Shown: positions 1 to 12,290 of the stretch, piece by piece
How the letters are laid out: the number at the start of each line of letters is the position of its first letter
Numbering within the stretch: the stretch's first letter is position 1
Origin: Marsupella aquatica
Taxonomy: Eukaryota > Plantae > Marchantiophyta
Length of the DNA stretch: 64,000 nt
Assembly (NCBI GenBank): GCA_973895155.1
Contig: OZ316893.1
Coordinates: forward strand, 2,254,420 to 2,318,419
Direction: 5' to 3'
Position numbers and translations under genes: made by a program
The notes under the pieces: model-generated
Seen by the model: the letters and a program-made list of their open reading frames with translations, nothing else
Told to the model about the DNA's origin: nothing
The model's database searches: none

Positions 1-1610
1 ACTCCACTGTATCCACCAGGGTGAGCTTGTTGAACTAAGACGTCATTCGCAATGACCATACAACCATGACTCATTCCATGCACACATAGTCGAGACAATC
101 TCTACGTGGTTCACCTCTTCTCTAAGGCTACGTCCACACGAACACTCAAGCTTTTACTTCAAGAGTAGACGAACACACATGCTCTCCCTCTTCCTCAAGT
201 TGCTTCGTTACAATAAGTAAGCACCACACACCCCAGCGGCTTACACTAGCCCTGGTATATACAAGGTCACACACAACTAATCTAACCTTAACTAAGACCC
301 TAACTGTGGTTGGTCTAAGTGCCGTAACCTTTGAGTCACAAGACTAAGAGCAATCCTTAATAGAGCTGTAATCCCCCGAATCAGCTCAGGGCTAATGTGC
401 TCACCATGGTGAATAAGAAAGTTGTGGAGAATGCAACAAGCGTAAATCATAGACCCGATCCTATCTTTTCTTGGTTTCCAAAGAATTCGGCTAAGGATTC
501 TCCAGGTACCTTTCAGTTGTCCAAATGCTCGTTCCACTGCCATTCGTGCTTGAGAATGTCGATGGTTCCATCTGTCGTGTTCATCAGATAAACCATTTGT
601 GAAAGGGACAATCAACCATGGATACAAGGGATATCCTGCATCCCCAATAATGTACTCCCTCAACACGGAGGTGTCATCTTGACATAAATACTCCAAGCCA
701 TGCAGCCTTGTACGTATATATTCAACATCTCTAAAGAAGGTAGAAACTCTAAGCAATCTGGTATCTTGTATGCTACCTGGCCAACCTGCTACAACATCCA
801 AGAACCTGAGGTTAAGATCCACAATGGCCTGCATAGAAACCGACATTTTTTTCTTGAAATCAAAGTAATCCTGGCTATGCTCTGAGGCTGGCAGTTCAAC
901 TGGGAAATGTGTGTTATCGACTGCCCCACAATAGTTGGGGAAACCCCATCGTGCAATGAACTCCAATTTCACTTTTTCAAGCTGTGTTGCACTCGGCCAT
1001 TGATCAGATGTCTCCCTTGCTTGATTATTGCTTGAATAAACTTCCAGGTGACCTTGACTATAGTTGCATGAGAAACTCCAAACAGCTCCCCGATCCCAAG
1101 ACATTGATCTCCTGTGGAAAGCCTTCTAGTTGCAATAGCCACCTGCCTCTCGACAGAGAGTTTTCTATTTGGCAGTGTACAGAATGCTGTCGGTGGATTT
1201 GTGACCATGTCCCCATGAACCATCTCACATATTGCATAAAACGTCCCGGGGCTAACACGGAAAAATTCCTTGAATCTATCAGGATCATCGTAAGGAACAA
1301 AGTCAATAAACAGATAAAACCACTGGATGGTTCTAGGTTCAATGTACCAGGGGCAATCAATCTCTCTTTTTCTCATGAAATAGCTTCTCAGAACTTGAAT
1401 GAAGGCCCACACTTGCGGCCAAATCTCATCATCATCACGACGTCTTTTCCTTGACTCGAAATTGAACACTCTATTCAGCTATGATGGATTTGTGAGCCTC
1501 CCAATATGAAGCCCAGGAAGAAGCGTAACAAGAATTGGCATAGACGTTGTTGCATAGCTCATCACCAATGCAGCCAGGGAATCTAGCAGAACCTCATCTT
1601 CAAATTCCAT
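1..1610 (-). pseudogene. PIF/Harbinger DDE transposase (HARBI1/ALP1-like), disrupted
   Basis: Translations show Harbinger motifs: F..FFRVS..TF..IC, GFPNYCGAVDNTH, GWPGSIQD, IIGDAGYPL.PWL..PF, N..HSQARMAVERAFGQLKGTWRIL, ACCILHN. ATG at 1610, an in-frame TAG near 1479, and a 1-nt frameshift near 1000 joining ORFs 969-1469 and 292-1104. A solo LTR is inserted at 28-362 and the frame continues (ITA|HPGGYSG) off the left edge. A possible element end lies near 1960, followed by TAA (tentative). Confidence 0.9.
28..362 (-). mobile_element. Copia-family solo LTR (335 bp) with GAGCT target-site duplication
   Basis: Starts TGTTGA and ends TTAATA (decayed ..TAACA). GAGCT at 23-27 and 363-367. Shares blocks (CATTCGCAA, TACGTGGTTCACCTC, GGCTACGTCCAC, GAGTCACAAGACTA) with the LTRs at 5940 and 11757. 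Confidence 0.88.
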
Positions 1611-1974
1611 CTCAACAATAAAAATGGAGCTCACTGCAGCAAAAGAAATTGAAACCTCTCCGCAGAAGAAATAAAATCAATCAAGAGGGGAACAAGCACG
1701 GGCGCAAGACAACAGAGGTGGCATTTTAGACAGTGCAAGAGTCCTCTTTCAACACTCACAGGAGAGATTGATAGGAAAATAATGGACCGACAGTTAAGGT
1801 GACCGTCGTTCAAATTTGCCGGTACACCGTCAATGCTACTGCGTGGGAAAAGTTCTTAGGGGGCCCATGGAAAGAGATGTGATAGGGCCCCTCAAACGCT
1901 GTTTCAGGGCCGGGCCGAAGGAGGGTGAGGGTCGGTGTGAGGGCTGATGGAACAGTGTTCTAAGTGCTTTTTGC

Positions 1975-3030
1975 GTGGCTAACTAGATTATGACTATGCA
2001 TAACTCTCTCAATTTCAAACTCACACCGAGCTAGTCTCCAGCACTTTACATTGTATTTGGGTAGAAAGTGTCATCCCTACATCTTTTGTCATTTTGTTAA
2101 AAACCTTGTGAATGTATTTGTCTTAGCCCAGGAGAATATGAAAACCTGCAATTCCCCTCCTCTTTTGTCTAGGAGTATGACTATATGAATCATAAGCTAC
2201 TTTTCTGTCCAAAATGGGGTTTATCTTTTTCCCATGTTCTTAATTTTGACCATTTGCAAGGAGAATGAGTGCATCGGTTGGCTAACTAGATTATCAATAA
2301 GTGATAAAAACTTTATCAATGTCAAACCCACACCTAGCTTCAGTCTCCAACCTCCAGCACTTTACAACTGTAGACAGGTAGAAAGTGCAATCCCAACATT
2401 TTTTTGCAATTTTCTTAAAAACCTTAAGGACCACTTCAAGCCTTCCACAACGTCCATCCATATGTCCATAGATGAGACAACATTCTTGCCCATCCCCAAG
2501 TCTATAATAGAAACCAATATGTTTGGCCTATTTCCCAACCTACAGCTGGAAACTTTGTTTGAAAATCATTGATTTCAGTCCATATGACAAACAGACCCAT
2601 TCCTTCAGCTTCCAAATGTTGATGTCATCATGTGACTCTTAATTTCAACCTCTACTCTGAATTTCACAATTAATCTCAACCACTAATTAAGGAAGAAAAT
2701 TCTCTAGATAACACATTGATAAAGACTAGGCCTTTAGTTCTATGTTACAATGCACTCCCCTAAAGTGTCTTAACACGCTCAATCCACTTAGGCACCTATT
2801 GTAGAAGGACCACCTCAGTGCTCCTTCCTGGTCTCCTACTCTCAGATTAACTCACTATTATCTTGTGTGAAGCAAAGATACCAGAGCTATGAGTTGACAT
2901 TCTTGGGCTACACACACTTTGAGAAGGTAGCGTTGGTATCAATACAAAGCTTACTCTCAATAAGCTCCCCATTGGTACCCAAAACTCCTTGTGAACTCCA
3001 ATTTGGGTTTGATATGAGCTCTACAATTTC
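1975..3030 (-). pseudogene. Highly decayed PLS-class pentatricopeptide repeat gene relic
   Basis: The block GGCTAACTAGATTA...AAAAACCTT repeats at 1977 and 2280, exactly 303 bp apart (101 codons, one P-L-S triplet). Minus-strand fragments read QHLEAEGM, EIGQTYLVSIIDLGMGKNV, HMDGRCGRLEVVLKVFKKI and PKNVNS*, resembling P, L and S motifs. Many stops and frameshifts; boundaries approximate. Confidence 0.5.
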
Positions 3031-3639
3031 ACCCTAAAAGAGTATCTTTTAAGTTTACAGAATGATGAAAACAATAAAATTTTGAATTGAATGGGCTGAT
3101 TGAACTAGTTTTCAGGCCAAAACTTGAGTTAAGATAAAGTCTCCCTAAAAATTGAGAAATTGATAAAGTCTCTGCAAGGTGCTTGGCGTCCACCCTCGGG
3201 CACCAACATGAGAGGGAACATGGGGCATTGCAGAAAATAGCCCTCATTACGGACCCCCATTAGGGGTCTCTTGCAAATTCTCTGCCATGAGGTTGCACCA
3301 CATCACCACAATTAGCCACAAACAGGACTGACCCTACTTTTAACAATAGGACAATATCTTTGACAAACATTAACAAACGTGCACATTCCTGTTTGTGGCA
3401 AAAGCAACGTAATTTTTGGGGCGCCATGCCGTAAGTATTAAACGTAAAAAAAACCAAAATACAAAGGAAGAGATGTCATTTAGTAAAACAAAGTTACCAT
3501 TTTGATGTTTATCAAAGATATATCAGTGTTTTATATCAAAATGCTTGTATTTTTTAATTGTTTGCAAGTTTGAAAAAATCAATCGATAGAAATGTACATA
3601 GTTAAAACCCCTTTGGCTTCACATTGTAAAACTAAATAA

Positions 3640-4090
3640 TAAATCTCCTTACTACTTGATAAAATCTGCCAATGTTTGATTCATTTGATCTCTTTAGTAA
3701 TGTCTTGACAAAATCTCTCAATGTCACTCATTGGAAAGCTAGAGTAAAATTAAAAACTCATCATCTCCTTAGTACTTGAGAAAATCTATCAATGTTAGGT
3801 TAATTGGAAAGCTTGAGAAATTTAGATACTCATGATCTCTCTATTTCTTGATAAATAATCTCAATGTCACACATTAGAAAGCTAAAGAGATTGAAAACCT
3901 CCTGATCTCTTGAGTACCGTGACAAAATCTGACATGAAATTTGTCAATGTCAGACTCAATGTTAGAAAGCTAAAAGAATTCATGAACTCATGATCAAAAT
4001 GTCTTATACTCACACTCATTGGAAAGGCAAAGAAAATCAAAAACTCATATGGAACTTGACAAAATTTGTCAATTTGAGGCTCATTGGAAA
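3640..4090. repeat. Degenerate tandem repeat, about 7 units of 50-75 bp
   Basis: CTTGACAAAATCT..CAATGTCACTCATTGGAAAGCT-like core recurs near 3654, 3704, 3773, 3847, 3920, 3992 and 4055. Confidence 0.7.
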
Positions 4091-5939
4091 CCCTTTCTCA
4101 ATTAAGAGATATCACAATCTCGTCACCGTCACAAACTTAGCCGCTACAAATTGATTTATTTGATTACGTCACCATTGCTTGTCCACAATGTTTGCTTCCC
4201 GACTTGAATTGTCCACATCTCTTAGATAGTCTTCAACTAAAGCTCACTTTGAACACAGGTTGATGCCAAATGCAGCCTCTATGTCAAAGAAACAATTGTT
4301 GGTCTTCCTACTCACACCATAGCTTTCTTAAATAAAAATAACTACAAATCCTTTGTTTGAAGTGATGACTCGTTCGTTTTGTGTGTTCTTTCCACCGAAT
4401 TGACAAGCGCTCTTTTGCCAACAGCTGAGTGTTGTGCTCTAGTATGTCTTGTGGCGGTAATGCTCAATGTAACTCACAAACCATCAATCAAGAATGGTTG
4501 AAAAATGATTTCTCCAATGTGTAAGCAAAACCTATAAGAAAACTCAATTTCTCCACATTCAACCTTCCGTTTGATAAATCTCTATCTTTTGGGCATTTGT
4601 TTTTGTATGAGCACACATTAACACCATCGAGAGACTCAAAACCGTAGGTTACCACCTTGATGAAAATTGATTTCACTTAATCACACACACATTCCTTGGA
4701 TGAACATGGGGGTCCACGGATTAATTTAGCAGAAGTGAAGGAGACTTGATGTTTTATGACCTCCCTAGCACAAAAAACAAGTTTTGCCTCTAGCCTTACG
4801 CCCTGTGTACACTGCCATGAGACCAAATAGCTTTTCACCTTCATCTTTAGATAACACTGCAGGTCCCTCATGGCCCAATTTCTAGGAAATTATATTTTTG
4901 ATATGTTTTGTTGGATCTTTATCTTAAACCACTTCTGTCCAGTTTCAAGCTTGGTGGATAAGTTGCCATAATTAAAGGACAATATTCTTAGTAAAGAAAA
5001 CAAGTTTGACCGTAGAGTTTGAAAGTCCTCCTCATCCAACCCGAAGGAGCATCCTCTAATGGATATTAAAACATGTTACCATACTTGCATGCCTCACAAA
5101 CCAAAGCATTTCTCTTGCTACCACAATTGTAATTTAGGTCTGCTTTCCTTAAGATAATAGAATTGTAAAAGTATTGGGATCTCATAGCTCACTCCTGTAT
5201 CCTAGGCTAAGGTAGTCAAAAACATTATAATTGTACAAGGAAGTAGGTGGGTAAAAAGATTGAAAGTATAGGTTCAATTTGAGGGAGGGAGAGCAAAGAT
5301 CACAAAATGGGGAGAGCATTGGGTCAAGTCTTGTGAGTAGAAAGTGAATTTCGTTGGTGGCTTGGGACAAGTTGGTGAGACCAAAGCTTGATGGGGGACT
5401 GGTCACTCTGATGCTCTTGTTTGCAGATGGTTCACCGGTGCTTTAGATCATCCTGAGACTAAATGGGTGGAGCTCTTTGCTGGAAAATCTCATACTGGCC
5501 AGATGGAGGAATTATAAAACGGTGCACAAGAATCATTACTTGATGACGGATGTATTGTTGCTTTGAACTCCTCGTACTTTTGGAAGACTCTTTTACAATG
5601 GTGTGTGAGAACCTTATCTTTTGTCCTGAGAGGGGTTTCATTCCGGGCCGTTGGGGTGTGGAGGATACCTTGCAATTTATGAGGGGCTTTTACAATCTGC
5701 TGAAACAGAGCATTCTAGAGATTACTCGAGCCTTTGGTCTACTGGGGTCAGGAAAAGTGGTGATTCCTGGTTGCACAGGAGGAATAATTGGACAATCACT
5801 GAAGAGAGAATTTGGTGGCTATAGGGTCTTAATATTGCTGACTTGACTCTGTGCTTATCTTTCAATTGTGCTATCCAGGACCTGGTAATTAATTACTCGA
5901 GATGCATTGGATCTGAATCTTGTGCTAGGTTGTGGAGAT

Positions 5940-6283
5940 TGTTGAGCATAGACGACATTCGCAACGGCAAGCCCATGAACCATCCAACGCACAATAGTCG
6001 ACATAGAGAGATACGTGGTTCACCTCCACATGAGGCTACGTCCACGGGAACACACAAGAGCTTTACTGCACTCTAGGCCGACCGGCCATACCAAGCATCC
6101 ACAGCACAAGCTCTCCCTATCTCTCAACTAGCTCCGTAACAATGAGCCTAAGTTCCACCAGGGTCTGGCATCAGCCCTGGCTATATGCACAACAACACTA
6201 CCGCTAACATTAGCTAAGTCCTAACCCGAGTTAGACTAACTGTGGTTAGCTCATGAGTCACAAGACTAGAGCAATATCTAACA
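5940..6283 (-). repeat. 3' LTR of Copia element
   Basis: TGTTGAGCAT...ATCTAACA, directly followed by AACTCCCCCTT (reverse complement of the polypurine tract). Confidence 0.96.
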
Positions 6284-6494
6284 AACTCCCCCTTGACTCT
6301 TGTCTTGGGGACTGTACTAAATGCTATCATATGGAATCCTCAGCGGGAAGTTCTAGACAATCACCAAACCAGGTCTCCCCCTAAAAACCACAAGGGTTAA
6401 CTAAGGGTTAACTAGAACTAAGCCGTAGCCAAACAGGAATGAGTAATCCATATACAAATAGTCACACATTGCTAAATAACTCTACTTGCACTAC

Positions 6495-9400
6495 AATTGC
6501 AAAACCTGCAAAGTAGCACGGTGTCTTGAGAAACTCTCCAAAGGAATCACTTTGGTAAAAGCATCAGCGGGATTGAGCTTTCCGTCAATTTTGACTAGCT
6601 CAAAAGTTTTATCAGACACTGCTTACCTGATAAAATGGTACCTGATATCAATGTGCTTCACCCTGCTATCCATCACCTGGTTAGCAGCCAAGTGAAGAGC
6701 ACTCTGACTATCACAATTTAGAGTCATTTTTCCATGCTCTAAACCCATCTCCGCGATCAACTTGTCCAACCAAATTGCTTCCTTTGCTGCTTCTGCTGCT
6801 GCAACATACTCTGCTTCTGTAGTAGACTGAGATATGCACTTTTGCAAGGTAGATTTCCAACTGATACATCCTCCTCCAAGAGTGTATACAAACCCAGTTG
6901 TAGACCTCCTTGTATCCAGACAACCTCCATAGTCGGAATCTACATAGCCAACTAACGTTCTATCTGATCTGTTATCAAATAGTAATCCATAGTCCTGTGT
7001 ACCCTTCAGATACCTGAGAATCCACTTCACAGCTTCCCAATGTACCTTCCCTGGATTTGACATGCTAACCTTGCCCATCGCTAGGGCTAAGTCAGGCCTA
7101 GTACAAGTCATCAAATACATCAGACTGCCTACTGCCTTCTCATAAGGAATCTTAGCCATCAAACCTTTCTCCACAGCATCCGTAGGAGAGAAAGCCGATG
7201 ATAACTTGAAATGTAAAGCTAAAGGAATACTCACTGGCTTACAGTTTTCCATGTTGAATCGTGCAAGTACTTTCCTCGCATACTGGCCTTGACTCAAGCA
7301 CAACTATCTAGTATCAGAGTTCCTAAAAATCTCCATCCCTAAGTGTAGTTTGCCATAGAGAACCAAAAATCACATTTTAAAGTCTCTAAACTCGGTATTC
7401 GTTCCCTTTAAGAACAAGATGGGGTTGGTTTGATGTAATAAACTAAAAACAAAGCTTTAAGCTCTTGTGTCACACATAGTAATCAATCTTGACTACTTTA
7501 ATCAGGTACTTTGAAGATCGCTCCACAGCGGTGAGTAGTTTTTGATGATAACTCAACATCAGATAACCTTCAATTAAGCAAAAGATTGCAATTAACAAAA
7601 CACAAGGAAAAATCTCTCAGAGTATGCTTAAGGGAGTCTGGAATAGACCAAGGTTACTCCTTAGACATAAGTAATAATGGAATGACTTTAAGGAAATTCA
7701 AATCCACACGGCTTTTCAGATCTAAACTGCATACTAGAGTATCCTTTTAAAATGCTGGCAACATGTCTTGACCTTTCTTCCTAAGTGATACTTAGTCAAG
7801 ATCTAAAAGGATAAATACTTCAGCATTTAGATGGTACTAAGCAACATGAAGGTGAAAACATCATTTCCAATGTAACTTAAACTCAATGAGTTAACTCTAA
7901 GAACTTGTGAGATTACAATGTGTCACCAAAGCGGAATCTGACATTATAATTCACGAGATTCATAACTGAGGTTTTACTTCAAGTATTTGGGTTCCAAAAT
8001 ACAAGAAGGAGGTAAGTCTCTCCAATTATTAAGTCTGATTTAGAACTCGTAGGTTCAGAATCAATAGACTTAACAAAAGGGAGGCAAAAATGCAGAACTT
8101 AACCATCTCTCTACACTAGGGGAAGAGGTATAAATAGTGATGAACTACAGAATAAGAGGTCACAGGGTCGAAGAGACATGCCTCTTCATAACCCTCAAAA
8201 AGTCAAAACGACGATTCAATAAGTGGAAAGCCGGAAAAAATGGCTAAGTATGAACTCTTAAACTCTTAAAAACTTAAACTCTTAAAAACGTAAAAACTTA
8301 AACTCTTAAACTCTTAATTTCGGTATACTAAAAATTGAGTAGATTCAACTATTTTTAACTTTCTACTCCTGGTTCGGAAAACTCTGAAATTTTTCCAGCA
8401 GGGTTTCCTAGGTACAGACTACACACTAAAGAAGTATGACAGCTTCTAAAGCTCTAGAACACATTTCTAAAAATCAGATAAGATGCACTACTCTAAAAAC
8501 TAACTAAGAACACTTAGAGACTTCTTCAAGCTTGCTGTCGGATGTCCTCTGGTTCTAGTATCTCCACAAGGGTAACAATTCGGTTCTGGGTAACCTCTAT
8601 CAGCTTAGCTTGGCGTGGGGATCCTCTGGAGTATGGTAGGCACCTCAGTTGTCTCTCAGGATACATCAAAGGCATTCTCTTCATCAAATAACAGGAATCT
8701 ATACGAAGAGCTTCTCTGTATATCCCTAGTACATCATAGTTGTTGCAGGTGGCAGCATATACTTGGGGATAGTGATGCAGAAACTCATCACTATTCATCA
8801 TCCTGGAATAGAAGGGTCGAAGTCTCCATTTGACATCTCTGAAATACCGGTTGAAGCTAGGCAGAGTTTGAGAGGTAAGGTGGAAGAGAAGTCAGTAATG
8901 AGCGCCTATGTCTTGCATTCCTTCCCTTTCAAGGTGAGCTCTTCATCCGTTGTGGAGTCCCGTTGAACTAGTTGTAAGATGTCACGATCACAGAGTCGCC
9001 AAATCTTAAGGTGTAACTCGTAAAGAAGTGAACTAGTAAACTCGTAAACTGAGTTTACTCGTAACTTAGGAACTTAGTAACTTTGAATGCTGTTTTAGTT
9101 ACAGTTAGCAATAATTGCAGTCTAAACACCGTAAAAAATTTAAAAATTTTCAGTTTCTTCATGCTTTTGGAATTACCCACTACTTACACTAAGATTCTCT
9201 TGGCCTTACCAAGATCCTTCATCCTGAATTTAGCACTCAATTTCGCCTTGAGATTGTCAACCTCAGATTGATCTTTAGCCACAATCAGCATGTCATCCAC
9301 ATAGATCACCAGAATGATGAAACCAAATACATCATTCTTGATTGATTTCGTATACACACAAGGATCATACACCATCCTTGTAAAACCTTGAGCAAGCATG

Positions 9401-9666
9401 AAATCATCAAACCGTTTGTTCCACTGTCTGGGAGACTGCTTCAATCCATACAAGGACTTGAGCAATCTGCAAACTAAGTTCTCTTGGCCTTTCTTCATAA
9501 AGCCTAGCGGCTGTCTCATGAAGATCATCTCTTCCAAGTTGCCATAGAGAAAAGCAGTAACAACATCCATCTGATCCATCATCAGATTAAAAAACACAAC
9601 AAGCTGACACAAGATCCGAATTGTGGAATACTTAGCCACCGGTAAAAAGACCTCATTGTAGTCCAC
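6495..9666 (-). pseudogene. Copia reverse transcriptase-RNase H remnant, interrupted by solo LTR 7344-9188
   Basis: DYNEVF.PV, QMDVVTAFLYG, LKSLYGLKQSPRQW, YVDDML, KDLGKAKRIL|GMEI, TRPDL, GYVDSD, STTEAEY, KHIDIRYHFIR. In-frame stops near 7305 and 6623, and a 2-codon deletion (KVS--MSNPG). Confidence 0.95.
7344..9188. mobile_element. 1845-bp solo LTR of an unrelated (probably Gypsy-type) family nested in the Copia RT
   Basis: Begins TGTAGTTTG and ends TACTTACA, with CTAAG TSD at 7339-7343 and 9189-9193. Removing it restores RT KRILGMEIF. No internal terminal direct repeats. Short internal arrays (AACTCTTAA near 8250-8320; GTAACT near 9010-9080). Confidence 0.85.
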
Positions 9667-9679
9667 TCCTTTCTCCTTT

Positions 9680-10249
9680 CTCCTGCATCTTGCTCCCTTC
9701 CTTGAGTCCGAGGCTCATCAAGAGAGACTTCTTGTACAGCCGGTCTGACGCATCTTCCCGGTAGTACTTATCTCTTAGAGCCTTGAACAATGACGCGCAA
9801 TCCGCATAATCATCCAGCTGCTTGATGATGTGCGGCTTGAGATATAGCATCACTGCATTGACAACAATCACCTGCTCCTATCTCCATTGCCTCACTGAAA
9901 TCTCCTCCTCTCCATCATACTGCTCTCGCGATGAAAGCAGATGAGCTAAGCCCATGGCCCGTAGAACACCCTTCACTTGCTTCTCCCAGAGCAAGTAATC
10001 AGTATGACCATCGTACTTCTCCACCTCAAACTTCACTCCTCCAAATCTAGCCATCTCCCTCTTCTTCCCTACTACCGACAACTCTGGTAGTAACACAGCT
10101 TTCTCCACTGCACGCCGCACCGGTGATCGTACTGGTGTTATAAGTTCCTCCTCAAACGGTAGCAGCTCCTCCTCAGACTCTCCATCTGACCGTCGCGATC
10201 CTGAAGCTCCACCGACGCCAATTCTTCTAGTATCCTCCGAGTCACTCAT
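9680..10249 (-). pseudogene. Copia gag N-terminal region, truncated
   Basis: GVKFEVEKYDGHTDYLLWEKQVKGVL resembles the Tnt1-type gag start. A UBN2-like region follows an in-frame TAG at 9878-9880, then the sequence joins RT directly near 9675. Confidence 0.88.
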
Positions 10250-11742
10250 ATGAAACAATCACGAAAAAATGTCTTTTTTTGAAACTTCTCATAAAACTCA
10301 AAACTCAACACCGCCGCGTAGCCCACGAAGCTAGGAGTCCAATACTGAAATCCGAAATCAAAATCGAAATTCGACGAAAAAGTTATTCAAATTACGGTCG
10401 GGGTGGGTAAAACCTTGGGAAACTCCCCCGTTTTGACCACCTCGGAGAATAACCGAAATACCAAGTACAACCTGTCGTCGGAATCGCGATGTGATGGGTG
10501 CGCCACGTTGCTAACTCCAGTGGCAACGTCCTCACCAAAAAAGAACCAAAAAAGTTACCGTGCGGCGGACGAAATCTTTGTGTGACGGCCGAAAACCAGC
10601 TCTCGGTTTTTTTAAGAATATTCCCGCACAGTCCAACAGGGCTCACAGGGGGCCGTTCCCCTTGTCGGAGCGGTTAAAACGGAGGGTCACAGGGCCCGGG
10701 ATGAGGCACAACCAATGAGGAGGAGGAGAGAAAAAATTCAGAAAAACACACTCTAAAGGGGTCTTAAAGCCCCTGGCAAAGGCGCGCGTATTCGCGGCCA
10801 GAATCGCGTATAAACAGCAAAAAACGTGAAAAAACGGGTTTAAAGGGGTCAAAATGTGCGTATTTTCGTGTTTTTGGGCCATATTTGGGCGTTTTTGGCC
10901 GTATTTGGGCCCAAAAAAGCACGTTTTTGCGCTTAAAGGGGTGTGGGAGGCCGGTGTGCGCGCCGGGGCATATGGCAAACCTGGTTTGTCGGGTATTGGG
11001 GCCGTATTGGGGCAAAAAATACCCTAAACTAACCTTAAAAATGTGCCCAAAATGACACAAAGGCCGTGTTACAAACCTCAGCCGCCTCCGCTTTGGTTTC
11101 CAATGAGAAAAGTGATGACCGCCGACATGAAAATGTTTCCGAATTGCACCGGCACGTCTGAAGCTCCACCAGAGAAAGAACTTCAGTTGCGTCGCCTTCA
11201 CTCCGCGTCAAGTGCCAATCCCGGACTCAAAATGACCGTCTCGCCACAATCTCTCCGTTGAGCCTCAGTACTTCGCGTTTCTTCCTCTGAGTCAAGCGTC
11301 ACGACGAGTAATCCGGTTCAGGGAAAAACAAGCACCATAGCTTGTCAAAAAACCAGAACGCCTCCTTCACTCGTCACGACGCACTCGTTTTGCAAACGTC
11401 AGCAAACTAGATACCAAAACGACCAGCACGCTCCAACCTTCAACTTGAACTATCACATGCGACGCCCCGCACACCGCACAGCTCACACCGTTGAAGAAAC
11501 GATCTCTGGTTTCTCCCCCGAAATACCGTCGAACACGAATAAACCCTGAACGACGCAAACTTCAATTCCTCCGCACCACGGATACTGATCAGCGAGCTCT
11601 AACCACCGTTAGAATGCCCTCTCACTAACCTATCCGCTCAGCCACACACAATCAAGTTTCATGCGACGAAACTCTGAATGTACCATCGACAATGAACGCT
11701 GGAAAAACCTGTCACGAAAAAACCTCGTCACCTCCTAGGCAT

Positions 11743-11754
11743 GCTCTGATACCA
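11743..11754 (-). other. Primer binding site complementary to initiator tRNA-Met
   Basis: Minus strand TGGTATCAGAGC, 2 nt inside the 5' LTR boundary. Confidence 0.95.
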
Positions 11755-11756
11755 CT

Positions 11757-12100
11757 TGTTGAGCATAGACAACATTCGCAACGGCAAGCCCATGAACCAT
11801 CCAACGCACAATAGTCGACACAGAGAGATACGTGGTTCACCTCCACATGAGGCTACGTCCACGGGAACACACAAGAGCTTTACTGCACTCTAGGCCGACC
11901 GGCCATACCAAGCATCCACAGCACAAGCTCTCCCTATCTCTCAACTAGCTCCGTAACAATGAGCCTAAGTTCCACCAGGGTCTGGCATCAGCCCTGGCTA
12001 TATGCACAACAGCACTACCGCTAACATTAGCTAAGTCCTAACCCGAGTTAGACTAACTGTGGTTAGCTCATGAGTCACAAGACTAGAGCAATATCTAACA
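11757..12100 (-). repeat. 5' LTR of Copia element
   Basis: Near-identical to 5940-6283; followed by the GAGAT TSD. Confidence 0.96.
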
Positions 12101-12290
12101 GAGATGGCTTCATAAGGAGACAAGCTAGGATAAAGCAATTTGGGCTACCAAATCATAGGCTATACAAGATGCTTTGACCAAAGGCGTTTGATTTTGAGAG
12201 ACTTAACCAAATCTGGGGGAAGAGTTACTAACAAAGTAGGTGAGTGGGACATGGTCTGGAAAACTGTTTGGACTTCAGACCTCTCAACTA

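Larger units (their letters stand above)
5940..12100 (-). mobile_element. Ty1/Copia LTR retrotransposon (Tnt1/Tork-like), internally deleted and non-autonomous
   Basis: Two 344-bp TG...CA LTRs (5940-6283, 11757-12100) with about 3 differences seen. GAGAT TSD at 5935-5939 and 12101-12105. tRNA-iMet PBS at 11743-11754 and PPT at 6284-6294. Gag N-terminus, RT and RNase H remnants are present; no protease or integrase. Confidence 0.97.

Noticed and set aside
4150-4900. Possible decayed transposase with Cys-rich fragments
   Set aside because: No motif I could assign with confidence; needs BLASTX.
7350-7362. TTGCCATAGAGAA shared between the solo LTR start and the RT near 9539
   Set aside because: Only about 13 bp, and the clean TG..CA termini and TSD explain the insertion without it; probably chance.
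10392-11558. ORFs between PBS and gag as an extra retroelement gene
   Set aside because: Short, on both strands and low complexity; better explained as a long untranslated leader.
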